Of a stretch of DNA of 58,552 nt, positions 57,060-58,552 are shown one piece after another. The position numbers were made by a program, and so were the translations under genes. Every line of letters begins with the position of its first letter. Positions within the stretch are counted from its first letter, which is position 1. Location of the stretch: sequence record DRR378314_1251; one strand, 5' to 3'. The notes under the pieces were generated by a model, which made no database searches, was not told where the DNA came from, and was given only the letters and a program-made list of their open reading frames with translations.

Positions 57060-57926
57060 ATGATCAAGACATATGCAGGCAAGACTTGCGTCGTCACCGG
57101 TGCCGGCAGTGGTATCGGTCGGGAGTTGGCCCTCGCACTGGCACGCGCCGGCGCTCGTCTGGCAATTTCGGACATTGACCCTGTCGGCCTCGATGAAACC
57201 CAACAGATGCTGCACGCAGAGGGCGTGCAACTGCACAGTCAAATTCTGGACGTGTCCGACAGCGCTGCGATCTATGCCTACCCCGATGCCATTCTCAGCA
57301 AGTTTGGCGCAATCCACCAACTTTACAACAATGCCGGAATATCCGGTGGCGGACGTTCCATAGCCGACACGCCTTTGGAAACCATCCAGAAAGTCATCGA
57401 CATCAACCTGATGGGGGTTCTGCACGCCTCGCGCGCCTTCATGCCCCACCTGGAAAGCAGCGGTTCAGGGATTCTCGTCAATATCTCCAGTCTGAATGGC
57501 CTCGTCGCGCAGCCGAACGTCGCCATCTATTGCACGACGAAGTTTGCGGTCCGTGGCCTTACAGAAGCCATCCGGACGGACGCCCTGTTTTCCGGCGCGA
57601 ATCTGCAGGTGGTCGTGGTCCACCCTGGCGGCGTCAAAACCAACATCGCCAAAGCGAAGGAAGCAGATCTCGCAAAGATGACGCCAGAAGAACGCGAGCA
57701 GGCTTTGAAAGTACTGTCGGTCTACGAAAAGAAATTCCTGACTTATCCAGCCGATGCCGCGGCGATGGATATCCTCAACGGCGTTGCCAAGGGCAAGTGC
57801 CGTATCATTGTCACGCCGCAGGCCAAGCATTTGGACCGGCTCGCGCGCCTGCTGCCTGCATCCTATCCGAAGATCATTTCCAACGCGACGAAACGCATTC
57901 AACGCAAGCTCACTTCCAAAGCCTGA
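57060..57926 (+). CDS. Short-chain dehydrogenase/reductase
   Basis: TGAGSGIG, NNAG and YCTTK motifs. Confidence 0.95.
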   Translation: MIKTYAGKTCVVTGAGSGIGRELALALARAGARLAISDIDPVGLDETQQMLHAEGVQLHSQILDVSDSAAIYAYPDAILSKFGAIHQLYNNAGISGGGRSIADTPLETIQKVIDINLMGVLHASRAFMPHLESSGSGILVNISSLNGLVAQPNVAIYCTTKFAVRGLTEAIRTDALFSGANLQVVVVHPGGVKTNIAKAKEADLAKMTPEEREQALKVLSVYEKKFLTYPADAAAMDILNGVAKGKCRIIVTPQAKHLDRLARLLPASYPKIISNATKRIQRKLTSKA

Positions 57927-58031
57927 ATTCACGGCACCCCTCAAAACCCACTTGCCTTTGGGGCATCGGCGACGCGCCTGAATCTGTTTGCTAAGTCTGC
58001 TTCGAAAGCATCAAGTTTCGGAGCATCACAC

Positions 58032-58466
58032 ATGTCGATCTGGAAAAATGGGGTCCCACAACCGCAATATCTCACACATTACGAGACACCTACCCTGGTT
58101 GAACACCTCGGGATCGAAGTCATTGACGCAACAGAAAATTCGCTGACCGCCAGGATGCCTGTTGATGGCCGCACGGTTCAGCCTCACGGCCGGCTGCATG
58201 GTGGCGCGTCAGTGGCCCTGGCAGAAACCGTTGGCTCTATTGCGGCCAACCTTACGCTTGATTCCAACGAACAGGTCGGTGTCGGTCTTGAAATCAATGC
58301 CAACCATATCCGCCCGGTCATGAGCGGATACGTGTATGCGACGGCAACCCCAGAGGCGCTGGGCCGAACAACTCAGATCTGGTCTATCCGCATCGAGGAT
58401 GAGGATGGACGACTGGTCTGTATTTCGCGATTTACCGTAGCGGTCATCCCGGCCAAACGCGCCTGA
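58032..58466 (+). CDS. Hotdog-fold acyl-CoA thioesterase (PaaI/MenI-like)
   Basis: QPHGRLHGGASVALAE and GLEINANH motifs. Confidence 0.93.
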   Translation: MSIWKNGVPQPQYLTHYETPTLVEHLGIEVIDATENSLTARMPVDGRTVQPHGRLHGGASVALAETVGSIAANLTLDSNEQVGVGLEINANHIRPVMSGYVYATATPEALGRTTQIWSIRIEDEDGRLVCISRFTVAVIPAKRA

Positions 58467-58480
58467 ACAGGCACCAAAGG

Positions 58481-58516
58481 AAAAGCCCCCGAAATCCGCG
58501 AGGATATCAGGGGCTT
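58481..58516 (-). terminator. Rho-independent terminator downstream of the tRNA
   Basis: Minus strand AAGCCCCTGATATCC-TCGC-GGATTTCGGGGGCTTTT. Confidence 0.75.
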
Positions 58517-58518
58517 GT

Positions 58519-58552
58519 TGGGTGCGGGAGTAGGATTTGAACCTACGACCTT
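58519..58552 (-). tRNA. 3' part of a tRNA, probably initiator tRNA-Met, cut by the window end
   Basis: Minus strand AAGGTCGTAGGTTCAAATCCTACTCCCGCACCCA gives T-arm, acceptor strand and CCA; anticodon lies outside the window. Confidence 0.8.

Overview
High-GC alphaproteobacterial chromosome segment; gene content and order suggest Caulobacterales/Hyphomonadaceae (inference). The left part (1-35.6 kb) is mostly core genome: serS-tatCBA, xth, pccB, atp12-HAD-rluA-crcB, a gspC-N type II secretion operon with an extra lipoprotein, and an AceE-like ThDP enzyme. Interspersed are a GH9 lipoprotein, an uncharacterised membrane/vWA-like gene pair, a PhyR-like regulator with a GAF/HisKA_2 kinase, a repeat-rich intergenic patch and an AT-rich orphan gene with a caspase/CHAT-like His-Cys dyad. 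The best-supported unusual element is a His-rich DUF2946/CruR-like leader ORF (8222-8524) ending in RAPP/RSPP motifs. Its last codons pair with the Shine-Dalgarno of a downstream His/Asp-rich ZnuD-like TonB-dependent receptor, and a Zur-like box sits just upstream, so it is a candidate metal-responsive ribosome-arrest attenuator. The right part (35.6-58.5 kb) is an accessory catabolic locus mixing glycosidases (GH106, two GH3) and transporters with lipid-processing enzymes (carboxylesterase, acyl-CoA synthetase, AlmA/EthA-like monooxygenase, SDR, thioesterase), a candidate glycolipid utilisation locus. The window ends inside a tRNA-Met(f)-like gene. All family calls are from motif recognition; no database searches were run.
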